A stretch of DNA of 42,340 nt. Source: Sphaeroforma arctica JP610 (Eukaryota). Made by a program: the position numbers and the translations under genes. The stretch spans positions 38,540 to 80,879 of the forward strand of contig NW_014040182.1 in the NCBI RefSeq assembly GCF_001186125.1, in the 5' to 3' direction. The notes below the pieces were generated by a model. It did not search any database and had not been told where the DNA came from. It saw only the letters and a list, made by a program, of their open reading frames with translations. Of the stretch, positions 1 to 11,561 are shown in pieces (the first letter of the stretch is position 1; each line of letters opens with the position of its first letter).

Positions 1-39
1 ACATACATACATACATACATACATACATACATACATACA

Positions 40-94
<55 letters not shown>
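1..94. repeat. Compound microsatellite (ACAT)n followed by (AT)n
   Basis: Directly visible perfect tetranucleotide then dinucleotide run at the window start. Confidence 0.98.
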
Positions 95-95
<1 letters not shown>

Positions 96-1820
96 GCTGT
101 ATCATACAGCTGTTAGTACTTTTTTTATTCATAAGGCGTGAATCGTTTAAAAAGGAGTATAGCTCGCTGAAAATAATACATCACACATATTTTATATGTA
201 AACATGAATATTTGCATACGAATGATCGGTGCGTTTATCAAGAACAGACGTGAATTGAAAAACAATTATACAAAATCTATGAGCACACCCATTGTTATAC
301 TTACGGAAGCACACTATCTTTCTCCTTTCAATAAGTACATCATACCGCAAATGCCACACGCCGTTCTTTGGCTTCCTCCTCTAGGCGAGCGTTCTCCTCA
401 TCCTTTCTAACTCGTTCCACATTATCGCGGTTATAAACATGCCAACTTTTATGCTGCAGTATATTTGTTTTCCCCATATTGACTTTGGCGGTGTCTCATA
501 TGCTCGTACTGATTATACGGGATAGTTTATATGAGTGCACATACGACAGGTATACGCCGCTGTATCTTCACAGGCTGAATTGCGAGTACTTTTGACAGCA
601 CTCAATACTCTAGAAGCATCATTTCAATTGACTGAGTGTCTGGATTTGATTTCAAGGTTGCTTGTACGCCCACTTGCAACGAGTGTGAGTGGGTGTGAAT
701 CTATCCATGAGGCTATTAGAGATGGTATTATGTAAATACGTACAGCTTTCTCCTAAGATCTTAGATGCGATAGGTCTCTGGGTCTGGCAATCCCTAAGAG
801 CTGAAAACCCAAGATCTTAGGTAATATAATCTAGTATCGATGTTTGCTGAGAGTCGCCTGAGACTCTTATTACTTTAGAGAGTTGAGACATTATTCCTGC
901 GAGTATGATGATTGATGAGCTGATTATATCACACAGACGGGACTCGCGGGAGGCTCATCGTGCTCACCTTCCATATGAACATAATAGCCGCTGTGGCACA
1001 TTATATAGTCACACCAGCAGTCGGAGGGTTTGCTGTATAATATATTAAAGCACTCGTGAATGTATTTGCAATGTATGTTGGGTTTAAATATATCGTCTAA
1101 ATGTATACATAGGGAGACAATAGCTGGACCGTCATTCAATTGCCGTCTATGCACAGGAAACGTACGAAGCAACTACCGATCTACTACATGTAGATTGATT
1201 AAACCGGACTACGCCGACGTTCATCTGTCCAAGCACTTGAGTCTACGATGGTAATGGACGCATGCTGACAACCTGGAGTACGCTCAGTGTGTACATGTGC
1301 ATACAAGTATGTGATGTTCATTTTTCCAACCATTTAAGTATATAATGATTGCCTGCCGCCTAGTGCTAGTACGCGGCATATCAAAATATTGCGACATGAC
1401 CAAGTATAATCATAAGCAGCTTAGCTTTTGTGACTAACGTTGCAATGGCAACAACTGCAATCGCCTGATAGTGGTTCACTAACCGTGTTGTTTAGATACG
1501 GGAGAGACGTGCTCGCGCTGTGAGCCGTATCGACACTCAGCTATGACATACTGTGTGGGATGCAAACTCAAACGACGGGATATACATATCAAATATCATA
1601 CAAGGCCTTGAGGACAGGAGTATGCACTCTGCACGCACAGGACGAGATGTTCTGAACACATACGCGTGTGCGATGGTGTTCCAACCCACACGCATGTTTT
1701 AATTTATTCAATTGAAAGCGCGTATTAAAAAAATGAAACAGAAGAAACCACACCTGTCCACTCATGCGCAGTGATCCAACCGGGAGCTCGGCATAACACG
1801 GCAGGACACCTCTAATATAG

Positions 1821-2031
1821 CCCCCGAGGTTACCCTTTAATACACCCCCCGCGGTTACACTTTAATACACCCCCCGAGGTTACCCGTTAATACACCCCCC
1901 GAGGTTACCCGTTAATACACCCCCGAGGTTACCCTTTAATACACCCCCGAGGTTACCCTTTAATACACCCTCCGAGGTTACCCTTTAATACACTCCCCGA
2001 GGTTACCCCTTAATACACCCCCCGAGGTTAC
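1821..2031 (+). repeat. Minisatellite, about 8-9 copies of a 24-25 bp unit GAGGTTACCCTTTAATACACCCCCC
   Basis: GAGGTTAC (one GCGGTTAC) recurs at about 1826, 1851, 1876, 1901, 1925, 1949, 1974, 1999 and 2024. The last copy runs into the ATG at 2032. Confidence 0.95.
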
Positions 2032-3253
2032 ATGAGTTACAACATCACTACAAGGACAAGGGAAACAGTGTACGATGAGAAAGCGGCGGATATGGCCATG
2101 GCTCAACTAGAAGCACTCGACTGCGGAACGTTACTCAGCATGCTCGCACGCATGCACAAACTCGTGGCTGAGAAGACTAGACACCACCTGCGGAGGTGTG
2201 GTGCTGCACTGCCCATCTACGCAGCCGGCAAACAAATCCCGTCGGAGGTTATGGTCAAGGTGTTCGATTGGCTGGACTACGACTCGGTTAGGGAGTACCG
2301 TTTGGTGAGCAGGTCGTTCTATGCTGTGCTGTGTGACCAACGCCTGTGGACTGAAATCCCCGATGTGGCCTATGGGACAGGCGGCCGATTGGACAGGGCG
2401 ACTGTGGACCTGTCCAAAACAATCGAGGTGCGTCATTATGGTGTGAGTGTACGTAAAGTAGGTGTGTGAGGGTTGTGCATTTGTGGGTGCATGCGCTGGT
2501 TCGCTACCAGTGGAGTTTATATCGCTCGATTGTCTGCTGAAGGATCTTCCACCGAGATACCGGACATCTCTTACACGCACTTGAGAGCCGATACACCTGC
2601 ACATGTGGTTTGTTGCCAGGGTATGCAGAATGCATTACAACGTTTACTTCCATAGTACCGTCCGGTGTAAATTTAACCCACCCACACTCCCACCCCTCCT
2701 ACCTATCTCTATTCTTCCCTTCTCGCTAGCAGGTGGCCAGGCACTATCCACGCCTGCAGAAATGGTACATCCCCAGAGAGCTTGACTTCCATGCAGCGTC
2801 CAGTGATGTTCTGGATGGTATTGGCGAGGCCATGCCCAATGTGCGAATGATTGCCATCCATGCCGACAACACAACCCCCACACCCGAGCAAATGACCCAA
2901 CTGTTGACCCGTATGCCCCGCACCCGGTCCTTGGCGGTGGGGTTCGGGACAGTACCGGGGGACCTAGCGTCCTTGACCCGTCTCACGGTAGGTAGGGCCG
3001 GCAGTGAGTACGGACAGTTGCCTCTACTGCAGTCGACAATATCAAGATCAATTGAGATNNNNNNNNNNNNNNNNNNNNNNNNNNNNNNNNNNNNNNNNNN
3101 NNNNNNNNNNNNNNNNNNNNNNNNNNNNNNNNNNNNNNNAATCTACAAAGCCTGCGGCACCTCGACTATGGTGGGCATGATATAGCCGGCTCTCTCAACG
3201 AGCTACTGACCGGTTGTCCCAACCTGGCCACTGTTCTCCGCCACGGTTCATGA
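2032..3253 (+). pseudogene. F-box/LRR-like (FBXL-type) gene, probably disrupted; spans an assembly gap
   Basis: Exon 2032-2427 (donor GAG|gtgcgt) encodes an F-box motif QIPSEVMVKVFDWLDYDSVREYRLVSRSFYAVLCDQRLW. Downstream segments are LRR-like: ARHYPRLQKW, IGEAMPNVRMIAI, LLTRMPRTRSL and, after the gap, LQSLRHLDYGG...LLTGCPNL. The putative middle exon (about 2511-2620) has no clean frame, so the exon structure is uncertain. Confidence 0.55.
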
Positions 3254-3590
3254 AGATGCTGGTAGAGGGCAGGGCTGCGTACGATTACTCTGTCCGGCAC
3301 TCGTCTGCAGAAGATGAAGATGGCTTTGAAAGGCGTGAATAGGCTTTGACTTCATACTGGCGGCCGCTCCCCTCGCGCTCAGACCTTGATAGAACATTAC
3401 ACAGTTCTCTCGGAGTGGGGTGAATGAACAGCCAATGACAATGCAGCAATTTTGACATCAAAATAGATCATTTTAACATTACAATAGGTAAAGCCATGTC
3501 GCGGAGCGGACACGGATAAAGAGTATAGACGGGTGTGAAGACGCTATGAATAAGAAAGAAACCGGTCACGTAAGGAGTATCAGTGGGCTG

Positions 3591-3945
3591 AAAGACATTA
3601 CTGTCATCTCCACATGCATCAATCTATTTTAATCACTTGCACCTACTGTGAATGGCACTACTACCATCTCCACAGGCATCCATCTATTCTAATCACTTGC
3701 ACCTACTATGAATGATACTACTACTGTCTCCACATGCAGCCCATCTATTCTAATCACTTGCACCTACTATGAATGGCACTACTACCATCTCCACAGGCAT
3801 CCATCTATTCTAATCACTTGCACCTACTATGAATGACACTACTACCATCTCCACATGCAGCCATCTATTCTAATCACTTGCACCTACTATGAATGACACT
3901 ACTACCGTCTCCACATGTAGCCATCTATTCTAATCACCTGAACCT
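3591..3945 (+). repeat. Tandem repeat, about 6 copies of a 60-bp unit (AATGRCACTACTACCATCTCCACAKGCAKCCATCTATTCTAATCACTTGCACCTACTATG)
   Basis: Units start at about 3591, 3651, 3711, 3772, 3832 and 3892. There are no unique spacers. Confidence 0.95.
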
Positions 3946-4220
3946 AATATACTACAGCATTGTAAGCAAAAGCTATATATAACGAATACCAACCGACCGT
4001 GTGATGCCGAAACATATACACATCGGAACGGACCGACACAAGTACCATATACAGACACTCAAGGATGTGGGCCGGACATGCTAACTTGTTTGATTTATTC
4101 TCGGATGTTGCTATTAACCGGGTCATTCTCGGGATGTTTCGCATACCCAGTCATCTTATAACTAGACGACGCATACCTGCATGCTCTCTCCACTATCCCA
4201 TGCCCCTATTTTCTAAGTAT

Positions 4221-4343
4221 CTACATATTTATATCTCCATCAGCGCTTTGCTCCACATAATCTGAGGCAAACGAGTACGCATCATCTCCTCCGCCCAGGT
4301 TAGCGTCCATCAGAAGTGCCTGTGCTTTCACTTGGCGTAATCT
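4221..4343 (-). CDS. GNL3: Nucleostemin/GNL3-like GTPase, exon 5 (last): RLRQVKAQALLMDANLGGGDDAYSFASDYVEQSADGDINM*
   Basis: Acceptor aacag| at 4344, in frame with exon 4, ending in TAG at 4221-4223. The acidic/aromatic DDAYSF tail resembles GNL3-family C-termini. An alternative in-frame acceptor 24 nt downstream is possible. Confidence 0.7.
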   Translation of the reverse strand, partial: RLRQVKAQALLMDANLGGGDDAYSFASDYVEQSADGDINM

Positions 4344-4419
4344 CTGTTATGTGGCCAGGACGTTGGGACGTACGTGAGCCGTGCGTAGAGATACGATATC
4401 AAACGCACACGAGTATTTA

Positions 4420-4442
4420 TGTTTATAAATACATATACGCAC

Positions 4443-4481
<39 letters not shown>

Positions 4482-4620
4482 TGTGTCTTTCGTGTGTGCG
4501 TGTGTGTATGTATGTATGTGTGTGTGTGTATATATATATACATATGTATACATATATGTGTATAAATATGTATATATGCAAATGTATATATATATATGTG
4601 TGTGTGTGTGTGTGCTTATA
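4420..4620. repeat. Intronic (AT)n/(GT)n low-complexity tract
   Basis: Directly visible; source of spurious Y/I/H/T-rich ORFs. Confidence 0.9.
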
Positions 4621-4662
4621 TAATACAAGCAAGTATGGCACATGCTGTCTGTGTGTACTTAC

Positions 4663-4803
4663 CTCTTTCTTGGCATTCTTGGCAGCCTTCTTGAGGTCTC
4701 GGTTGGCCGTGGGATTGAGTGCTCTAGACTCCTCGTCAAGTGCTTCGGTCATCCGTTCGGACTGTTTGCCTTTAACCTTCTTTTCATGCGCCGCCATGTG
4801 GGC
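4663..4803 (-). CDS. GNL3: GNL3-like GTPase, exon 4: [47 protein letters not shown]
   Basis: tctacag| acceptor and GAG|gtaagt donor; 141 nt, phase 0/0; basic C-terminal region. Confidence 0.8.
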
Positions 4804-5009
4804 CTGTAGATGCGCAAGTCGAATGTGTAATAATTTGTTTTAGGAACAAATATATACATGTGTGTATGTTTTTGTGCGCGTGTGTGTGCGAGTTGTATAT
4901 AGTGATACGCAACATGCTTTACATGCGAGTAGGTTGAGTGCGGTCGTTAAACACAGCCGATTGTACCTCTGCACGTCATTAAACAACATGCATACTAACT
5001 AACAGGTAT

Positions 5010-5084
5010 TGGTCTCAGCAGTAATGAAGCTATCCTCATGGTAGATTTTCGGATACTATCTAAGCTTACAGGCATCATTGACCA
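5010..5084 (-). ncRNA. Intronic box C/D snoRNA, predicted guide for LSU rRNA 2'-O-methylation at the yeast U2347-equivalent site (snR65/SNORD17-like function)
   Basis: Minus strand reads UGGUC-A-AUGAUGC (box C, 1 mismatch)...UUAGAUAGUAU-CCGA (D')...AUGAGGA (C')...CUGA (D)-GACCA, with a 5-bp terminal stem UGGUC/GACCA, sense to the host gene. The D' guide UAGAUAGUA is complementary to the conserved LSU segment UACUAUCUA(G), recalled from yeast 25S. Confidence 0.8.
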
Positions 5085-5484
5085 CGGCGGTGTTATCGCT
5101 GCCCATACAGCACTCGGACACAACTTGGCATCAAACAGGCTTCTATTTAAGCAGGCAGAAAAACTATCTCTAGAACATACATGGCGCACACCCGTTGAAC
5201 GCGTTCTCGTGCGAATCCGTATCTATGGTTAAGGAACTTCAGAAGAAAACACAACACAGCCAGCAATACATGTCGCAGGATACGCTAGTTGCGTTGTATA
5301 GCCCACATGTATGGCATCGCCCGTTGCCTAGCAACGGAGGGTAGAAGACGGGTGTTCTTGGATTGGATCACTGCATTCAACAGGCGACCAACAGAACAGT
5401 TCCCATACAACAAAATAATAACCCTACAAACAGCACACTACAACAATAACAACCCCCACTATAACACACCCTGTGTCACCATAC

Positions 5485-5622
5485 CTTAGTTAAGTCAAAG
5501 GGTGCAACCACCTGGTCGTCCTCCATTGCGACCACCTCCGTGACCTCGACATCCGCATCAGCCACCGCTTCATCGTCACTGTCTGAGTCATCCATCTCCA
5601 TATCGCCTTGCTCTCCAGGAGC
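5485..5622 (-). CDS. GNL3: GNL3-like GTPase, exon 3 (acidic region): APGEQGDMEMDDSDSDDEAVADADVEVTEVVAMEDDQVVAPFDLTK
   Basis: cccacag| acceptor and AAG|gtatgg donor; 138 nt, phase 0/0; acidic domain expected in this family. Confidence 0.82.
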
Positions 5623-6146
5623 CTGTGGGTTGGTTGTGTTGAACATCGGTGCATGTGTTTAATTCAAAAGAATGACTGTGTGGACATGTGGTTGATTTGG
5701 AGGAGAGGAGCCCATGCGCGTGCATGTACATGGTCTGAATGTATGTGCATGAACATGGTATGGAGAACTGAATACACACTCGGGTGCAAGGTTGATTTGG
5801 AGGAACCAATGTGTGCACCAGCGTAGGCCAGCTCCGTTCGTTCATGCGAAGTTGAGACGTACTAGTTCACGTGTATGTGGTTGAGGCGTGTCACGACGAA
5901 TCAGAAGGTAGGTAGTCAGTCAACTGTGCAGATACATAGTTTGAGTGCGTGTGCTGGATAAACAATTGCAGGTGTAAATAGCTTGCCTAGATCGACTTTG
6001 CAGCGGCAGCGGAATTTACACATACTCTGACGCACACGCACACGGACACCAGTGAATCGTAACCGTGCACTTGTACGTGCACCTACACATACATGTATGT
6101 ATATATGCATATGCGTGTTTGACTTGCTTTCGTGCCGCCCACATAC

Positions 6147-6791
6147 CAGGGTCATGTATGTCTTCTTCTCACTCGAGAGTCCGCTCAGAACGTTCTCCTC
6201 CTCCTCCTTCTCCAAAGCCGCCATATCGAACGCCTGGGAGAAGCCAGTAACAATGGTGGTAGTCTCACCCGCATGCTTCATATGCTCAGTCACCGGCGGC
6301 AGTGTGTAGAACGGAATGGCTCCGGTATTCCAATCCTTCAGCAGACTCTTTGCGGCTGCGTGGATGTTCGGTACACCCCCCTTCTTGAGCTTGCCGCGCT
6401 TGTTAGCAAACTGCACCAGGAAGTCCTGTGTGTCTGTGTACTCGGGCAGTTGGTACATCTCCATCACCTGCTCCTTGTTACATCGCGAGAGGATCATATC
6501 CACCGGCTCGGTGATGTCTGCGAGTGTGTCGACGTTGATCACGTTACGCAGCAACACATCTCCATCCAGGGTGCTAGAGAACACAATACCCGGCGAATCA
6601 ATGAGCTTGATATTCTTATCCAGTTGGATCTCTTGCATAACCTTGGTAACGCCCGCGGTGGCACCGGCCGCGCACGTGCGTGAGCGCTTGAGCGAGTTGA
6701 TGATCGAGCTCTTACCTACATTAGGGTACCCGACAATACCTACCGAGATAGATTTCTTCATGTTCACACTTCGCGCGTAGTTCTTCAGAAG
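6147..6791 (-). CDS. GNL3: GNL3-like circularly permuted GTPase, exon 2 (G1-G3 motifs)
   Basis: GIVGYPNVGKSSIINSLKR (G1), GVTK (G2), LIDSPGI (G3), KRGKLKKGGVP and DWNTGAIPFYTLPP. aatacag| acceptor and CTG|gtatgt donor. Confidence 0.95.
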
Positions 6792-8219
6792 CTGTATTGG
6801 AGTGAGGGTAGGCAATTGATCTGAAAATTCAGTCTCAGCGCGCATCTAGAACGTATTCTACAAGCCGTGGTTGAAGTATCTGTGTATAAATGCAGCGATA
6901 CCCAGGTTGTGACTTGGTACCACTGTATAAATAAAAAACTCTGCTGGGTGAGTTCGCATATAATACCGAGCAGCCAGCCTTCAGGCAAGGTGTCATACAT
7001 GGTAGAAGCAATCTTCACAGCAACATCTTCCGACAATCCTGTATACCCTGCCTGCCAGCTATACCTATTGCCAGTGCATTCAGAATATTCTCAACGTTTT
7101 GCCTCATATAGCGCATTCGGCCACGTCTCCTCCCACACAAACACCAAACACAAAGCAAACCGAGTCTGTCGTATGCCACTGTATATGTTGAGCTGTCTGG
7201 ACCTCCGATGAGATGAAGGATACATCATGAATCGCGCGTACAATGCCAACACCAAAAACAGAAGCAGGTATGGCACAGTTGTCTCCAGACACAGTCAACT
7301 TAGAGACTTAAGTTCGTTCTTATGCGATATGGTGCGCATATATCACTGGTTATGGACTAAGGACTCCTAACAGGTAGTGCAAGGGCTTTGGCAACCCAAG
7401 TATATGTCTCTGAAGCCTAACCAGGTAGAGCATGGTGTGTCTAATACATAATACAAAGCTCTGCGCTGTGAAGCATAAGCCGTGTGTGGTGGAAGGTTCA
7501 ACACAGCTATCGCAGACCGACTGCTATATAACGTGGTGCAACTAGCGTACAGAGGCACATTTACTGGGTGTCATAGTTTCTACATTCTTGTGCTGTGTGT
7601 GCGGACATGTTTAGGGCTGTGTACTCCATGTGCAATGTCGTTAATACGGAATATTGGGTGGTGCCTTCGGTAAAAGGGGTTAATAGCGAGACTTGTGTAT
7701 ATGCCGCGATATGTAATTCATGCTAGGAAGCCCCGACATTGTATCGATACTTGTCAATGAATAAGAACCATCCCAAGTACGCTTACCCACACACGCTGCA
7801 TGTATAAGCGTAGGATTTGCGGAAGACTTTAGACGAGTGTCCAATAAATGCAATATACAGTTAACTGTATATATACGCTGGCTACAGATTGATGATCCAT
7901 TGTATGTGCCACAGTTTGACTATCAATTCAGGTATAGCTGTAGTTAAATATATACATAAATATAATATGCGAAAGTCATACTGACATGATATACATATAC
8001 ATATATTTATAAGTAATTGCGTTGATGTAACTTGTACAACTATAACTTCTCGCGTAATTACATGTTGGCCTTCAAATACAGAAATGAAAGAATTGATATT
8101 GCAAACAACCTGAAAGTACACTACTTTAGCACGATAGTAGGCAAAGGTACAACACATAAAGTATGCGTGCTTGTGTGACTCTGCAATGAGATATATCACA
8201 GTTCATAAAAGCACTAATT

Positions 8220-8718
8220 TGCATATATATATATGTATAGGTATATATATATATATGTATAGGTATATATATATATGAATAAATATATATATATATATAT
8301 ATATATGTAATTTAAATATATATATATATACATGTATATATATATATATAGTAATATATAAATATAATATATATATCAACGTAGATATGTATCTACGTAT
8401 GTATATACATGAAGATATAAATACATACACGTATAAGTATATCAAAATTTTATACAATTGTTTATATACAAATTTAGACTTGCACTCGCACTGATTTAAG
8501 TACATAGGCAAATACATATGCATATATTTACATATACACGCACATACATATACACATATACATCCGATACAATATATATATATATATATGTGTGTGTGTG
8601 TATGTGTGTCTGTATATGTTATACATACAAACATATATACAAACGTTTATATATACTTAGATCTTTACATACATATACATATATATACAGATGCATATAT
8701 ATGCATGTACATACACAT

Positions 8719-8755
<37 letters not shown>

Positions 8756-8770
8756 TATATATATACATTT
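8220..8770. repeat. Long intronic (AT)n/(AC)n low-complexity region
   Basis: Directly visible in GNL3 intron 1. Confidence 0.9.
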
Positions 8771-8787
8771 GAGATAAGAACACTTAC

Positions 8788-9528
8788 CTTTACGAGCGTA
8801 TCGGTTCCCAGCGCCTCCTTTGCGTTCACCTGGTCTGCTGAAGCATTCTCAAACGTCGCTCTAGTAGACCCTAAATTATTGGCCTGGTCTTGTGTAGATG
8901 CCTTGAACGCAATAGTGGGGAAGTAATTCCGCAGGTACTTAAGCCATTGCGCGACTACATCCTTAGGCACCAGATCGATCTTATTCAAGACAAGCACAAC
9001 CTTCTTATCCGATCCCTGCGCCTCGATCATCTCTTCAACTTGCTTACACCTGCATCCCATGGGATCACGGGCGTCCAATACTTGCAGTATAACATCGGCA
9101 TGGTCTACAACCTTCTTGAACTCCTTATAGTACGCACGCTTTGAACTGTCTGTGAAATTGGCGAGCTTCTCGTCTTTGGCACTTGCTAATTCCATGTCGT
9201 ATTCATCGCCGCGTTTCTCGGCTGTTTTAACCATCTGTGCTAAACTGCGCTCCTTTCGCATCTTAGCGACCTCTTTAGCTCGCTCTACTTGTTGTCTAGC
9301 CTTGTTCTTAGCACGTAGTTCCTCTTGACGTTCCTTGCCTGCCTCTATCTTACGCAGCAGGTCTTCTTTGAAAGGCCAAAGATTGGGGATTCCGGGGTCT
9401 TTTTTGGGCTTTTTAGAGGGATTATTACGCTCTTCCCTACGCTGTTTCTTTTTATGGTCTCTGCACTTTCGTTCAATCTTGAACTTCATCTTCATGGTGA
9501 GACGCTTGGTCCCTGTTTTCTTCACCAT
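8788..9528 (-). CDS. GNL3: Nucleostemin/GNL3/NUG1-like nucleolar GTPase, exon 1 (GN3L_Grn1 N-terminus, coiled coil, DARDP and G4 motifs); full protein about 595 aa over 5 exons
   Basis: KKDPGIPNLWPFKE, YYKEFKKVV..ADVILQVLDARDPMGCR, LVLNKIDLVP and WLKYLRNYFPTIAFKAST. Donor AAG|gtaagt at 8787. Confidence 0.95.
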
Positions 9529-10316
9529 TATGTATAAGGATTTATAAGTGTTTAGTACACTAACACTCTACTATAAGTATATATAAATGTACAAACTACG
9601 CTATGAAGAACTATCACACCCCTACTATACGATTTAAATCGTATGTGTAGATTCGAGTATGAAGAATTAACCTGATGTCCGATGCCAGGTGTATATAATA
9701 TATTACAATAGAAATATTTCTGATATTCGCATTTTTACCGTCAAGAAGCATGTGTACACATGGAGCACGCCGTCATCGAAATCTATTTATATCTCAATAT
9801 TTATCACTAAAAATCCTCCACTTTTCTTTCCATAATATACGTTTGGTCGTCTCCACCAATAGAATGATCGCATGGTCGTTTTACTCTTGATTTCAAGTGT
9901 CAACATCTCAGTTACAGTGAGTCAGTGGCTGCAGTCATTACAACGTGACAGTTGGGACCCATTCACGTTTAACGTATATAAATTCAATCGTTTTCGCGTT
10001 ACAGATACACGTTTACGCTATATTGGTGCCATCAGGATTTTAAACGAATGCAATTTTCCAATCTGAGCCGTTTATCTTTGTACGCTAAACGCTTACAATT
10101 CAGTTCATTTTGTATTATCGTTCAACGTTTACCGCACGATGAGTGCAACCCGCATTGAAGTTATTTGGGTTGACTCAACTTGACACCGGCAGCTTTTTGA
10201 TTTTCATAAACAAACTCTCTCTTGCGTAATAACATCGGTGGTGCGAGCATCATCACAGCACACTGTATTGATCTAACTTTGAACACTGTATTGATCTAAC
10301 TTTGAAAGTACTTAAC
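9529..10316. promoter_or_regulatory. Divergent (head-to-head) promoter region between GNL3-like and PSAT genes; contains TGAGTCA (9918), TGACTCA (10171), TTGCGTAA (10222) and a 23-bp tandem duplication (10261-10306)
   Basis: 788 bp between two opposed ATGs; motifs read directly. Their function is inferred. Confidence 0.55.
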
Positions 10317-10385
10317 ATGACCATGTCCAAGGTTATCAACTTCGCTGCCGGCCCCGCCAAGCTACCTCCAACTGTTCTAGCCAAG
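10317..10385 (+). CDS. PSAT1: Phosphoserine aminotransferase exon 1: MTMSKVINFAAGPAKLPPTVLAK (full protein about 364 aa, 9 exons)
   Basis: NFAAGPAKLP is the N-terminal signature of SerC/SER1/PSAT1; donor AAG|gtttgt. Confidence 0.92.
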
Positions 10386-10574
10386 GTTTGTATGTATTAA
10401 CTGTCCGATAGCTCAAAGTAGATATGGTGAAACTCCATGTATATATGGAAAAGTTTGCGATACTACGTCCCCTCGGCTTGTACAGTATACCTAATGAAGT
10501 TTACTCAATGAAGTTGTATGTTTAATTATTTAAGTCAATATTGATATTGTAAGTATTACCAACACCCGTGTTTA

Positions 10575-10624
<50 letters not shown>

Positions 10625-10760
10625 TTAGTTATTAGTTAGTAGTCGATACGTACGTACGTTTACGTTAATTAGTNNNNNNNNNNNNNNNNNNNNCGTTCGT
10701 ACGTACGTACGTTACTATTATATATTATATATTATAGTATACTAACACCTACGTTATTAT

Positions 10761-10798
<38 letters not shown>

Positions 10799-11269
10799 CG
10801 TAGTTTATAGTTTATAGTTTATAGTGCATCGACTTTCGATATTGAGCGGTGCAAAGTTTCTGTACGATTCGAAGCGCATTGCCCCCTATGATCAACGAGT
10901 GAGAGATGTAAAAAGTGAGCACGTTTTGATAGGCTTCTCCACAGTAGAGTCTCAAGTAACGAGTGGAGTACGGTTCTTGTCAACGCGCATCGAATTTGAG
11001 GTTGATATCGCCTTGTTCAATGCCATCTACGTGACAATGTACTGATCAGCATGAAGGGATATGAGACTAGCGCTCTCTGTGTACCAAATGATTTTATTTG
11101 TCTATGGTTTTAACATTGTAGTAGAATGTCGCAACGACGATACGTTCAGTTCAAAGTTACTGTGTAAACACCCGCACTGCAATTGGAATCGTCTTGTGTT
11201 CCGCCGCCACAGTTGTCCTGGCTTTTTTGGAATATATATATATATATATATATATACGTATGTGTGTGT

Positions 11270-11306
<37 letters not shown>

Positions 11307-11442
11307 TATGTAATATGTGAGTATGTATGTATGTATATATCTACTTTCGCATATATCAAAATGACTTGCATTTTATATTACATGACTTCACACAGTGTGA
11401 ATCTTTGACATTGAACGCTATGTCCAATATATGTACACACAG

Positions 11443-11561
11443 GCCCAGGCCGAGCTTTTGGACTATGAGGGCTGTGGAATGAGTGTGATGGAGTTGAGTC
11501 ACAGAGGCAAGGAGTTCACAAAGATCATCAAGGATGCCGAAGCCGACATTCGCGAGCTGAT
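11443..11561 (+). CDS. PSAT1: PSAT exon 2: [39 protein letters not shown]
   Basis: [10 protein letters not shown] motif; cacacag| acceptor and AT|gtaaga donor. Confidence 0.93.

Noticed and set aside
1821..2031. Telomeric repeat array
   Set aside because: Internal, short and variable. The TTACCC core is only superficially telomere-like.
3591..3945. CRISPR array or coding repeat
   Set aside because: Units are contiguous with no unique spacers, the context is eukaryotic, and stops interrupt all frames.
7890..7984. TGATGA...CTGA pair in GNL3 intron 1
   Set aside because: It is antisense to the host gene, with AT-rich filler and no stem or guide.
8203..8926. Several 70-140 aa ORFs rich in Y/I/H/T/C/V (also at 4328-4843 and 11061-11408)
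   Set aside because: Translations of (AT)n/(AC)n microsatellites inside introns.
10610..10760. TAGT/TACG-rich quasi-palindromic sequence around the N-gap in PSAT intron 1
   Set aside because: TACG-cycling low-complexity sequence flanking a gap after an (AT)n run looks like pyrosequencing read-end noise, so it is likely an assembly artefact.
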